NCBI GenBank assembly: GCA_964355975.1
Contig: CAYHFW010000007.1
Coordinates: 27,165-91,164 of the forward strand
Length of the DNA stretch: 64,000 nt
From: an uncultured Singulisphaera sp.
GTDB lineage: Bacteria; Planctomycetota; Phycisphaerae; Phycisphaerales; SM1A02
Direction of reading: 5' to 3'
The notes below the pieces were generated by a model, which searched no databases, was not told where the DNA came from, and saw only the letters and a program-made list of their open reading frames with translations. Position numbers and translations under genes: made by a program. Positions 19,794-28,868 of this stretch are shown here, one piece after another. Positions within the stretch are counted from its first letter, which is position 1. Every line of letters begins with the position of its first letter.

Positions 19794-20827
19794 TGGTCTT
19801 GATAGCGCGGAGTCATCGGTGGAATGACCCCAGGCAACATTCGGTCGCGCAAGTGCATCCAGTCGCGGCGCCACGGACCGGTTGCGAGATTGTCTGCCGG
19901 CTGCGCGTAGCGGTGACCAAGACCGACGCCTGGTGGACCTTGAATCGCACTGACAATCTTTTCATTCTGCATCGAGTACGACTCGGTTGAACCATCGACG
20001 TAGCTGTACGTGATCGCTGATGGATGCCAAAACGCGGGCCAATCAATCCACCCTTCCCATCCGCCAGAGTTCGCCCACGACCCTGGATTTGGCGTGCCTG
20101 GAGGCGGCGGCGAGCCGAGCGGTGGGCGCGGGTCGATGACCCATCCTTGATTGTTGAAATTGAATCCGTCGTTGTCATCTTCGACGATCGACATGATGGT
20201 CTGCGATGGAAACTTGTGATGCGCAACGTGGGTTGTGACCCATTCGCGCGGCGTGACGCCCTGAGTGCAGAACCAGTCATCCCATTTGTTCGCCCACTCC
20301 TCTGAGTCTTCGGGAACGGTGCCTCCAACGAATCCGCTGAGCGAGTAACTGCGCAGGCGACTCGTCGGATCGAGTGGCGACTTGTAGACGGGCGTCGATC
20401 CGACGTACGAGAAGAGCTTTCCCTTTGTCAACGCCGTCTCGAGCTCGGTCGCTCCACTCATGTTTGTGCCGTACGACGCCGTCCAACAGTGGTACGAATC
20501 GGGATTGTTGTTTCCTTTGTTGATCAAGATCGGAAAACTGCCGCACGCATTGTTGAGCGTGAAGGAAAAGACTCCGCCTCCCGTTCGATTGCTCGCGTAG
20601 GCGCCGCCGTTGTCAGTGGCGTAACTCGACTGCCCAAGTGAGATCTGACGCTGATTCGAGAGACAAGCAGCGGTTCGCGCCATCATCCGAGCCTTGTCGA
20701 GCCCAACAATAAGAAGCGCCACCAGCAAGGCGATAATCGCCACAACAACGAGCAATTCGGTCACCGTGAAACCGCGCGCACGGCGCACCTGCAAACGACT
20801 CTGAGAAGTGACGGATGAAGGGTTCAT
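19790..20827 (-). CDS. Prepilin-type N-terminal-domain protein, H-X9-DG type (family 2, 1st gene)
   Basis: MNPSSVTSQSRLQVRRARG|FTVTELLVVVAIIALLVALLIVG... with H-X9-DG (HPSAITYSYVDG). First gene of the four-gene array. Confidence 0.85.
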   Translation of the reverse strand: MNPSSVTSQSRLQVRRARGFTVTELLVVVAIIALLVALLIVGLDKARMMARTAACLSNQRQISLGQSSYATDNGGAYASNRTGGGVFSFTLNNACGSFPILINKGNNNPDSYHCWTASYGTNMSGATELETALTKGKLFSYVGSTPVYKSPLDPTSRLRSYSLSGFVGGTVPEDSEEWANKWDDWFCTQGVTPREWVTTHVAHHKFPSQTIMSIVEDDNDGFNFNNQGWVIDPRPPLGSPPPPGTPNPGSWANSGGWEGWIDWPAFWHPSAITYSYVDGSTESYSMQNEKIVSAIQGPPGVGLGHRYAQPADNLATGPWRRDWMHLRDRMLPGVIPPMTPRYQDQ

Positions 20828-20937
20828 GCTTCGAGAAGGGTATCCAACGGATGCGCGAGAAGCGCCGATGATCTATACGCAATTTCGGTCGCTCGGCTGC
20901 TGACAAGATCGTGATTGGATGGGGTATCTTTGGCGAT

Positions 20938-21627
20938 ATGAAGAAGCCGACCCTCATTCTCGTCTCGTTGCTCGTGAGCGCGGTGATCGTTGCGTGCGGC
21001 GATTCGCAGCCAGCGCCCGAAGTGCGTGATGCATCGCCACAAACGCCCGCGGCGCAGACGCCCCCACCTACGAAAGTGGCTGATGCGAAGAAAGCAGATT
21101 CGAAGAAGGCGGATGCCAAGAAGCCTGACGTGAAGCAGCCTGAGGCGACGCAGCCCGATGCCAAGCAGCCTGACGCAATTGCGACAGCGCCAACTGAACC
21201 AACCGATGCACCTGCGGCTGCGAAGCCGCCGAAGAGTTCGAAGAAAAAACCAGCGGCGAAAGCGCCTGAACCTGAGCCTGCTCCAGTTGCAGAACCCGTC
21301 GTTGTAACTGCGCCCGCTTCAGATGTTCCACCTGAATTGCAGAAGTATGCAGCGATGGCTGCGACTCCGAAGTTTCGCGAGTTCACCGCGCTCGCCACCG
21401 AGCGACACACGCTGCAGCTGCGCGCCTCTCAACTGCGCCTCGAAATGCGGGGAGTTGTCGCGACCGATGCGCAGCTCGCTGCGGTTGCTGCGGTCCAGAA
21501 AGAAATCGGAAAAGTCGGCGACCGAATGGACAGTTACGTTTCAGGAAAGACATGGACCCAAGACGAACTCATCACGATGGACTTCATCGTCTCTGAGCAG
21601 ATGCGCTTGCGCCCACCACCAGGTTGA
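20938..21627 (+). CDS. Lipoprotein with Lys/Ala/Pro-rich low-complexity region
   Basis: MKKPTLILVSLLVSAVIVAC|GD (lipobox). A KKADSKKADAKKPDVKQPEATQPDAKQPDA tract, then a helical C-terminal domain. Confidence 0.6.
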   Translation: MKKPTLILVSLLVSAVIVACGDSQPAPEVRDASPQTPAAQTPPPTKVADAKKADSKKADAKKPDVKQPEATQPDAKQPDAIATAPTEPTDAPAAAKPPKSSKKKPAAKAPEPEPAPVAEPVVVTAPASDVPPELQKYAAMAATPKFREFTALATERHTLQLRASQLRLEMRGVVATDAQLAAVAAVQKEIGKVGDRMDSYVSGKTWTQDELITMDFIVSEQMRLRPPPG

Positions 21628-21638
21628 ACGAGTAACAC

Positions 21639-21872
21639 ATGGCAATTCAATGCAATATCGATCATCGCGGAAAGTTGATTCGCCTCATCGCGGGTGCGAT
21701 GCTTGACACGACAGGATTGGGGCTGCTCGCCTTTCGATTCGTCGGCGTTCTCTCGGGCGATTGGCCTTGGTTTGTCGGAGGCGCGGCGGCCGTTGTGGGA
21801 ATGTTTCTTGTGCTCGAGGGGGTACTGGGTTGGTGCGTCGTGCGTGCTTTGGGTGTGAAAACTCCGGTGTGA
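21639..21872 (+). CDS. DUF2892 (YgaP-like) small membrane protein
   Basis: 77 aa. N..R..R..AG near the N-terminus, two hydrophobic helices, and C-terminal GWCVVRALGVKT resembling the G.CP.Y..LG..T end of DUF2892. Confidence 0.55.
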   Translation: MAIQCNIDHRGKLIRLIAGAMLDTTGLGLLAFRFVGVLSGDWPWFVGGAAAVVGMFLVLEGVLGWCVVRALGVKTPV

Positions 21873-21896
21873 GTTCGCCCGGCGAGAGAATTCGCG

Positions 21897-23825
21897 ATGT
21901 CGTGCAACCACAGCCACTCGAATCCCACATCGGGTGCGACCAATCCACTGTGCAATCCCGATCTGCTCTCGGCTCTTGCGTGTGGCGCGCTGCTTGGTGG
22001 CGGATTGTTCGCGCACTTTGCTGGGGCAAGTGAGAGCGTCACGATGTATCTGCTGCTCGCCTCGTGCGCGGCCGGCGGATGGCACGTCACCATCCGATCG
22101 TTGCAGCAACTCGCGCGCTTGCAGTTTGATGTCGACCTGTTGATGTTGGTTGCGGCGATCGGTGCGGGGTTGATTGGCAGGCTTGAAGAGTCTGCGATCT
22201 TGCTCTTGCTCTTCTCGCTCGGTCATGGGCTTGAAGGTCTTGCGACCGACCGCGCGCGCAACGCGATTCGCGCGCTTGGAACGCTGACTCCGACCGTTGC
22301 GCGTGTCGTTCGCGATGGTCGCGATGTTGAACTTCGCGTCGAAGAACTCGCCGTGGGAGATCTCGTGCGCGTGATGGCCGGCGAGCGCATCGCAGTCGAT
22401 GGCTGCGTGCGTGAGGGAACGAGCGCCGTCGATCAGAGCCCCATCACTGGTGAGAGTGTGCCCGTCGTGAAAGAAGTTGGTGATGATGTCTTCGCGGGCA
22501 CAGTCAACGGGGATGGATTGCTGCTTGTGGCGACGACCAAGTTGGCATCGCAGACGACGATGGCGCGCATGGTGAAACTCGTCGAGGAGAGTCAAGCAAA
22601 CAAGGGACGCACGCAGCGGCTGACCGAGCGCTTCACCCGCATCTACACGCCGATTGTGCTCGTGAGTGTTCCAACGATCATCGTCGTGTTGACTTCGTTT
22701 TTCGGCATGACGTTTGCCGATGCATTTCTGCGCGCGATGGCTGTGCTCGTTGGGGCATCCCCCTGCGCGCTTGTGATTTCGACTCCAAGCGCCGTGCTCG
22801 CGGGTGTCGCGCAAGCGGCGCGCAGCGGCGTGCTCATCAAGGGCGGAATGCATCTCGAATCGCTTGGCATCGTGCGCGCGATCGCCCTCGACAAGACTGG
22901 AACGATTACGCAGGGGCGTCCTGATGTGACCGATGTGATTGCGGCTGATGGCTTCACGCCGCGCGATGTTCTCGCGATCGCTTTTGCGCTCGACCAACAC
23001 TCATCGCACCCCCTTGCGCTCGCGGTGGTGCGACGGGCGAAGCGCGATGGAGTATCTGCGCGCGCAGTGCGCGATGTTCGCGCGATTCCTGGACGCGGAG
23101 TTGAGGGATTCATCGACGATGCCCGCGCGCTCATCGCAGGACCGCGCTCGTTTGCTGCGGGTGACATCGCCGCCATCCCGCCGCAATTGCAGACGCAGAT
23201 TGATCTGCTCGAGAGCCATGCGCGCACCGTCTCAGTGATTGCGCTTGGCAACCAGTGCGTTGGAGCGATCGCGCTCGCAGATCAGGTGCGGCCTGACATC
23301 GCGACAATCTTTGCGCGCCTGCGGTCGCTGGGCATTCGTCGGCTCGTCATGCTCACTGGCGACAACCCGACGGTCGCGCATGCTGTTGCGGCTCCGCTGG
23401 GCATCGATGAAGTCAAGGCGGGGTTGCTTCCCGAACACAAGATCACTGAAGTGCAATTGCTCATGAAGGAACTCGGAGCAGTCGCGATGGTTGGCGATGG
23501 GGTCAACGACGCGCCGGCGCTCGCCGCAGCAACGGTTGGTATTGCGATGGGTGCATCGGGCACCGATGTCGCGCTCGAAGCCGCAGATGTCGCGTTGATG
23601 GCAGACGATCTCTCAAAGTTGCCATTCGCTGTGGGCCTCAGCCGCGCAGCGCGGCGCACGATCATGCAGAATGTGGCGATTTCTCTGGGAGTTGTGGCGA
23701 TGTTGATTCCGTTGGCACTCTTGGGAATGGTGCCACTCAGTTGGGCCGTCGTCTTGCACGAGGGCAGCACCGTGGTCGTCGCGTTCAACGCACTTCGCTT
23801 GTTGTTCTATCGGGAGTCCAAATGA
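21897..23825 (+). CDS. Heavy-metal P1B-type ATPase, P1B-4-like (SPC / HEGST), no N-terminal HMA domain
   Basis: DKTGTITQG phosphorylation site, GDGVNDAPAL hinge, transmembrane GASPCALVIST and VLHEGSTVVVAFNALR. The short His-containing N-terminus is MSCNHSHSN. Confidence 0.9.
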   Translation: MSCNHSHSNPTSGATNPLCNPDLLSALACGALLGGGLFAHFAGASESVTMYLLLASCAAGGWHVTIRSLQQLARLQFDVDLLMLVAAIGAGLIGRLEESAILLLLFSLGHGLEGLATDRARNAIRALGTLTPTVARVVRDGRDVELRVEELAVGDLVRVMAGERIAVDGCVREGTSAVDQSPITGESVPVVKEVGDDVFAGTVNGDGLLLVATTKLASQTTMARMVKLVEESQANKGRTQRLTERFTRIYTPIVLVSVPTIIVVLTSFFGMTFADAFLRAMAVLVGASPCALVISTPSAVLAGVAQAARSGVLIKGGMHLESLGIVRAIALDKTGTITQGRPDVTDVIAADGFTPRDVLAIAFALDQHSSHPLALAVVRRAKRDGVSARAVRDVRAIPGRGVEGFIDDARALIAGPRSFAAGDIAAIPPQLQTQIDLLESHARTVSVIALGNQCVGAIALADQVRPDIATIFARLRSLGIRRLVMLTGDNPTVAHAVAAPLGIDEVKAGLLPEHKITEVQLLMKELGAVAMVGDGVNDAPALAAATVGIAMGASGTDVALEAADVALMADDLSKLPFAVGLSRAARRTIMQNVAISLGVVAMLIPLALLGMVPLSWAVVLHEGSTVVVAFNALRLLFYRESK

Positions 23826-24799
23826 AAACCCTGTTCTGTCTTTGCGCACTCCTCGCGGTTGGTGCATTGCGCGACGATCCAGCCAAGCCTGTCGATGTGA
23901 TTCGTGCGGCGATTACGGCTGAATCGATCCGCGCGGCAGTGACCGAGCTCTCGAGCGATGAGATGGGCGGCCGCTACTACCGCAGTCCGTTCGCAGAGAA
24001 GGCAGCGAAATGGATCGAGGCTCGCTTCGATGCGCTTGCACTCGCGCGCGGCGCGACCAAAGAGTCGTATCGCCAAGCGATCGACAAGAATGTTGAGAGT
24101 GCGCCAAACCTGATCGCCACACTCGCGGGCACTGGCGCGGGATACATCATCGTGAGTGCGCACTACGACCACCTCAGGCCCAAGCGCACTGGCGACGACA
24201 AGATTCACAACGGAGCCGATGACAACGCATCGGGCGTCTGCGGGATGCTCGCAGTTGCACAGGCGATGAAAGACTTGGTCGCCAAGGGCGCAGGGCCATC
24301 GTGCACAATTCTCTTCATCGCATTCAACGGTGAAGAGGCTGGACTTCTTGGATCACGCGCATTCGTGAAGTCGCCCACCGTGCCACTCGGCGAGATTCGC
24401 GGTGTCTTCAACATGGACATGATCTCGCGTGGTCCGGCACACGAGATTTTCATCGACGGCGGAGCAGTCGGTGCAACAGTTGTCGATGCGCTCAAAGCCG
24501 CCAACGAATCAATCGGTATGAAGTTGCGAGTGAATGAGCATCCTGATTGGCTCGACCGAAGTGATCAAGGACCCTTCTTGGCGAAAAGTGTTCCCGCAGT
24601 GCTCTTCTCGGTCGAAGATCACGAGGACTATCACAAGGTGAGCGACGAAGTTTCAAAGATCGACGCCGCCCTCGCCGCCGAGACTGCCCAGCTCGTCGCC
24701 CTTGCTGCGCTCGAGATGTCGAAAGCCAAGTTCGTGGCGCGGACTGATGGTGTGAAGGTGCCCGCGGACGGCAGTGGCGGCGATTCCATCGCAAAATAG
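23822..24799 (+). CDS. M28-family zinc aminopeptidase, secreted
   Basis: Start MKTLFCLCALLAVGA overlaps the ATPase stop (ATGA). SAHYDH, GADDNASGVCGMLAVAQ, FNGEEAGLLGSRAF, NMDMI and EDYHKVSDE. Confidence 0.85.
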   Translation: MKTLFCLCALLAVGALRDDPAKPVDVIRAAITAESIRAAVTELSSDEMGGRYYRSPFAEKAAKWIEARFDALALARGATKESYRQAIDKNVESAPNLIATLAGTGAGYIIVSAHYDHLRPKRTGDDKIHNGADDNASGVCGMLAVAQAMKDLVAKGAGPSCTILFIAFNGEEAGLLGSRAFVKSPTVPLGEIRGVFNMDMISRGPAHEIFIDGGAVGATVVDALKAANESIGMKLRVNEHPDWLDRSDQGPFLAKSVPAVLFSVEDHEDYHKVSDEVSKIDAALAAETAQLVALAALEMSKAKFVARTDGVKVPADGSGGDSIAK

Positions 24800-24839
24800 G
24801 GGCGCGTGCAACTGACGTCGATGCGTTTCGCGTGAAACG

Positions 24840-26192
24840 TTACGGAGTCTCGCGCGGTGCATCTGGCACTGCGCGGCCATGCGGATCGGCGCGCGGCGGT
24901 GTGCGGTCACCGCCCGCGGCATCTTCGCGCGCGAGTCGTTCGCGCAGCGCAGCATCGGTGATGTGCTCGAGCACCATCGCCGTTGGGTGAACGTGATCAC
25001 GTGCGATGGCGAGCCGTTGCATGAGATAGATCTCCCACAGACGGTGGGATCGCACCAACGAGGCTCCTTCGCTGCGTCCATGCGCGGTCAAGTTCACGAG
25101 ACCACCCGCGCACTCGATGCGGCGATCCCAGACGAGGCAGTGCACCGCGAGACGCGCGAGCAAGCGTGGAATCTCTGCCCCGCGCACAAGCAAGTCGCGC
25201 AATTGTGCTGCATCGACGGTGCGACCATCCTCATCGAGACGCCAGAGCAAACCGATGGCATCTTCGCGCGCGATGCGCAGTGTGAGCAGCCAACGATGCG
25301 CTTGTCGCACGACCAATCCGCGGCGGGGAGCCACGATGATGCAGACCACGAGCAGCGCGCCAAGCGTCGCGGCGATCGATCCAGCGCTTGATGCGTCGCG
25401 TCCACCGAGCACGAGTGAAGGAGCGAGCGATGTCGCGACCCAGTGGCCGACGACTGCACCCACCACTCCGATGCACATTGCGCCGACGATGACTCCGGCG
25501 AGTCGATCGCTGAAAAGTCGCGCCGCCACCGCTGGAATGATCATCATCGCAACAACAAGAATGCTGCCCACCGATTCGAAGGCCGCGACGCAGGTTGCCG
25601 CGGCCATGCCAAGAATGATCGCCTCCATCAATTGTGGACGGCACCCGAGCGTCTTGGCGAGCGCTGGATCGAATGCCATCACCTTGAGTTCTTTCCAGAA
25701 GATCGCCGCGACGACAATGTTGAGCATCGTGACGCCGCCGAGCACCAACACCGCGCGTGGCACTTCGATGCCCGCGATGAGTTGCGAATCAAGCGGCGCT
25801 AACTCAACTGCGCCGTAAAGCACACACGACGGGTCAAGGTCGACGCGGTCGGCAACTTGCACAATCAAGATGAGTCCCAGCGCGAACATCGTTGTGAAGA
25901 CGATGCCGAGTGCTGCTCCAGAGTCGATGCGCGCGAATCGCGCGAGGCTCGCAGAGACGAGCGTCACGAACAATCCCGCAGCGGCGGCTCCAAGAAACAT
26001 CCAGAGTGGATCGCGCGTGCCCGAGAGCAAAAACGCAACGGCGATGCCAGGCAAGACCGCATGAGAGATCGCGTCGGCGAGCATCGAGGTGCGACGAACG
26101 ACAAGAAATGCGCCAGGGATCGCACACGCGAGCGCTCCGAGTGCGCCGATGGCGATGATCCATCCATCGACTGCGAGAGTCCACGCGTTCAT
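24840..26192 (-). CDS. ABC-3 family metal-transport permease fused to a C-terminal DtxR/TroR-like repressor domain (YtgC-YtgR-like)
   Basis: The N-terminal ~290 aa is a typical ABC-3 permease (MLADAISHAVLPGIAVAFLL...). The C-terminal ~150 aa (about 24840-25295) reads REDAIGLLWRL...LTAHGRSEGASLVRSHRLWEIYLMQRLAIARDHVHPTAMVLEHITDAALRERL...DPHGRAVP. That matches a DtxR-family HTH plus metal-binding/dimerisation pattern. Confidence 0.8.
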   Translation of the reverse strand: MNAWTLAVDGWIIAIGALGALACAIPGAFLVVRRTSMLADAISHAVLPGIAVAFLLSGTRDPLWMFLGAAAAGLFVTLVSASLARFARIDSGAALGIVFTTMFALGLILIVQVADRVDLDPSCVLYGAVELAPLDSQLIAGIEVPRAVLVLGGVTMLNIVVAAIFWKELKVMAFDPALAKTLGCRPQLMEAIILGMAAATCVAAFESVGSILVVAMMIIPAVAARLFSDRLAGVIVGAMCIGVVGAVVGHWVATSLAPSLVLGGRDASSAGSIAATLGALLVVCIIVAPRRGLVVRQAHRWLLTLRIAREDAIGLLWRLDEDGRTVDAAQLRDLLVRGAEIPRLLARLAVHCLVWDRRIECAGGLVNLTAHGRSEGASLVRSHRLWEIYLMQRLAIARDHVHPTAMVLEHITDAALRERLAREDAAGGDRTPPRADPHGRAVPDAPRETP

Positions 26193-27076
26193 GCGTGCGC
26201 ACCTCGAACGGTCGCTGCACGCGCACGCGCGAGCAATCCGCGGCGAGGGGCAAACACGAGCGCGAGCACGAAGAGACCTGCTGCAAAGAGCACGATGCAG
26301 GGTCCAGTCGGAAGCTTGGGTGCGTACGAACTCACGAGCGTTCCGCCGACGCCGCTCACCGCGCCCATCGCTGCAGCAAGCGGCAACATCGTTGTAAATC
26401 GGTCAGTGCACAATCGCGCTGCGGTCGCTGGCAAGATCAACAACGCGAGAATCAGAATGAGCCCAACCGCCTGCAGCCCTGCGATCACGACGGCTGTGAC
26501 GATGATGAGCACGAGAGCGTCGAGCCACCGCACAGGCCGTCCAATGGCGCGCGCGAACGACTCGTCGAAGCAGAGCAGTCGCAGTTCTTTCGTGAGTAGT
26601 ACGACGAGCGCAACACAGACGAGCGCCACAATCGATGCAGCATGCAAGTCGCTCGCAACCATCGATGCAGCATGACCAAGAATGAAACTCGCAAGACCCG
26701 CTTGATGTCCGCCCGGAGTCGTTTGAATCACCGTCAAGAGCGCAGTGCCCAATCCAAAGAACGATCCCAACACGATTGCCATCGCGGTCTCATCACTCGT
26801 GCGCGCGCCGCGGCGAATCGCGAGCACCGCGATCACTCCTGCGATCGCCCCCGCTGCTGCCCCCGCGAGCAGCGCCCACGGTTCTTTGCCTGTTCCACCG
26901 ACTGCGACCGAGATGAGATATGCCGCGGCGATTCCGGGCAGTGTCGCGTGACCGAGTGCATCACCCATCAGTGCGCGGCGCCGCAAGAGCAGCAGACATC
27001 CCGCGAGTCCACCCGCGCCGCCGAGCAATGCCGTGGATGCCGCAACGACTTGCGTGTTGTAATCGAACCAGTTCAT
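26189..27076 (-). CDS. ABC-3 family metal-transport permease
   Basis: LMGDALGHATLPGIAAAYL... with a multi-span profile. 4-nt overlaps with both neighbouring genes. Confidence 0.9.
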   Translation of the reverse strand: MNWFDYNTQVVAASTALLGGAGGLAGCLLLLRRRALMGDALGHATLPGIAAAYLISVAVGGTGKEPWALLAGAAAGAIAGVIAVLAIRRGARTSDETAMAIVLGSFFGLGTALLTVIQTTPGGHQAGLASFILGHAASMVASDLHAASIVALVCVALVVLLTKELRLLCFDESFARAIGRPVRWLDALVLIIVTAVVIAGLQAVGLILILALLILPATAARLCTDRFTTMLPLAAAMGAVSGVGGTLVSSYAPKLPTGPCIVLFAAGLFVLALVFAPRRGLLARARAATVRGAHA

Positions 27077-27888
27077 CCGAGCTGCGCCTTCTGCATGCGC
27101 TGCGCCGCCTCATCGAGCAGCGTGAGTCGGCCGCCATATGTTTCGCGAAGTCGCTCAGGCGTCATCGTTGTTGCAGTTGGTCCCGCGGCAACGACGCGTG
27201 TGTTGAGCAGGATGACCCAATCGAAATACTCGCGCGCCGTCTCGAGGTCGTGATGCACAACGATGACCGTGCGTCCTTCGCTGCGCATGCGCCGAAGCAC
27301 TGCGATGATCGCCTGCTCTGTCGCCGCATCGACCGATGCGAATGGTTCGTCCATCAGATAGAGCTGCGCCGACTGCGCGAGAGCGCGCGCGAGAAAGACG
27401 CGCTGTTGCTGTCCACCCGAGAGTTGTCCGATCTGCTGATGCACCTCATCTGCAAGCCCTACCGCATCAAGCGCCTCGCGCGCTTTGATGCGCTCGCGCT
27501 TTCCGACCCGGTGAAACAAGCCGAGCTGACCGAAGGTTCCCATCATGACGACTTCGAGCGCGCTCACCGGAAAATCCCAGTCAACGCTCTCGCGCTGAGG
27601 CACGTACCCAACGATCGCCCGCTGCTGTTCGTACGGTTTGCCGAAAACGCTCACTTTGCCCGACGAAACTGGAATCAGCCCGAGGCAAGCCTTCAACAGC
27701 GTGCTCTTGCCCGCTCCATTGGGACCGATCACACCGACGATCGACTGCGCTGGAACATCCAAGTCAACATCCCACAACACCGGTCGGCGGTGATACGCCA
27801 CGGTCAATGCATGAATCGAAAGTGGACTCTTGCTCGAATGCTCACACCCAACTGAGTTGACTGGGGCTGGCGCGGGCGACGTGGTCAT
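27073..27888 (-). CDS. Metal ABC transporter ATP-binding protein (TroB/MntB/ZnuC-like)
   Basis: Walker A GPNGAGKSTLLKA, signature LSGGQQQRVFLARAL, Walker B LYLMDEP. Confidence 0.92.
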   Translation of the reverse strand: MTTSPAPAPVNSVGCEHSSKSPLSIHALTVAYHRRPVLWDVDLDVPAQSIVGVIGPNGAGKSTLLKACLGLIPVSSGKVSVFGKPYEQQRAIVGYVPQRESVDWDFPVSALEVVMMGTFGQLGLFHRVGKRERIKAREALDAVGLADEVHQQIGQLSGGQQQRVFLARALAQSAQLYLMDEPFASVDAATEQAIIAVLRRMRSEGRTVIVVHHDLETAREYFDWVILLNTRVVAAGPTATTMTPERLRETYGGRLTLLDEAAQRMQKAQLG

Positions 27889-28868
27889 TTGGCGTTCTCC
27901 TCTGACGTGGTGGATGGACGAGCGAGTGACGATGCGTCGCCGCCGAGCGCTGTGACGATCGTCCGCGCGTTCGTCATGATCATTCCCGCGTATGTGCCTT
28001 CATAGGTGCCGGCCGCTCCCATCGCGTCGGAGTAGAGCGAGCCACCAATGATGAGCGCGTGGTTGCGCGCACGCGCCCCTTCAACGAGCGCAAGCACATT
28101 CTTCTCAGAGACGCTCGTCTCGACAAAGACAGCGGGCACATTGCGCGCCACGAGAAGGTCGATGAGCGTTCGAATATCAGCGAGTCCAGACTCACTCTCG
28201 GTCGAGATGCCCTGAATCGCCAAGACCTCGACCCCATAATGGCGACCGAAGTATGCGAACGCATCGTGTGCGGTCACGAGCACGCGTCGCTTCGAATCAA
28301 CCGTTGCAATCGCCGCCGCGATCGCGCGATCGGCGCTCTGCCACACCCGCACGAGCGCCTCGACATTCGCACGGTACTGCTGGGCATTTGCAGGATCGCG
28401 CTTGGCGAGTTCGTCTGCCACATGCAGCGCGCACTGCGACCAGATTGCGGGATCCATCCAAATGTGTGGATCAGGATGCCCATGCGATTCTTCGCTGTGC
28501 AACTGTTGTGATTGCGGCACTCCCGCCCCCGCTTCGATCACAAGTCGGCCTCGGCGGCGCAACTTTGCAAAGACATCGCCCATGCGCCCCTCGAGCATGA
28601 GTCCGTTGGCGACGACGACATCGGCCGCCGCGAGTGCCCGCACATCTGACACTGTCACTTTGTAGAGGTGCGGGTCGACCCCTTCGCCCATCAACGTCGT
28701 GACATCGGCGCGGTCGCCCACGATGCGCTGCACCATGTCTCCGATCATCCCGGTGGTCGCCACGATCTTGAGCTTCGAAGAGCTTTCTTGCCCATGCACG
28801 TGCACACACAAGCCGATCGCGGCGAGCGCCGCGGCGAACCAAACACGCAGTTGGGCGACTGTAGCCAC
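27885..28868 (-). CDS. Metal ABC transporter substrate-binding protein (TroA/MntC/ZnuA cluster A-I)
   Basis: Signal-like N-terminus, DPHLYKV, HGHPDPHIWMDP, and the family's AHDAFAYFGRHYG and FVETSVS blocks. GTG start at 28868. Confidence 0.9.
   Translation of the reverse strand: MATVAQLRVWFAAALAAIGLCVHVHGQESSSKLKIVATTGMIGDMVQRIVGDRADVTTLMGEGVDPHLYKVTVSDVRALAAADVVVANGLMLEGRMGDVFAKLRRRGRLVIEAGAGVPQSQQLHSEESHGHPDPHIWMDPAIWSQCALHVADELAKRDPANAQQYRANVEALVRVWQSADRAIAAAIATVDSKRRVLVTAHDAFAYFGRHYGVEVLAIQGISTESESGLADIRTLIDLLVARNVPAVFVETSVSEKNVLALVEGARARNHALIIGGSLYSDAMGAAGTYEGTYAGMIMTNARTIVTALGGDASSLARPSTTSEENAK

Noticed and set aside
20613-21410. 265-aa minus-strand ORF rich in Ala/Gly/Ser
   Set aside because: It is antisense to the lipoprotein gene's low-complexity K/A/P region, and its periodicity simply mirrors that repeat.
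21534-23000. 488-aa minus-strand ORF
   Set aside because: Antisense to the P1B-type ATPase and DUF2892 genes. It is Arg/His-rich low-complexity sequence.
24824-24839. Hairpin cgtttc-gcgt-gaaacg between the convergent M28 and permease genes, as a bidirectional terminator
   Set aside because: It has only a 6-bp AT-containing stem and no U tract on either strand. Too weak to call.
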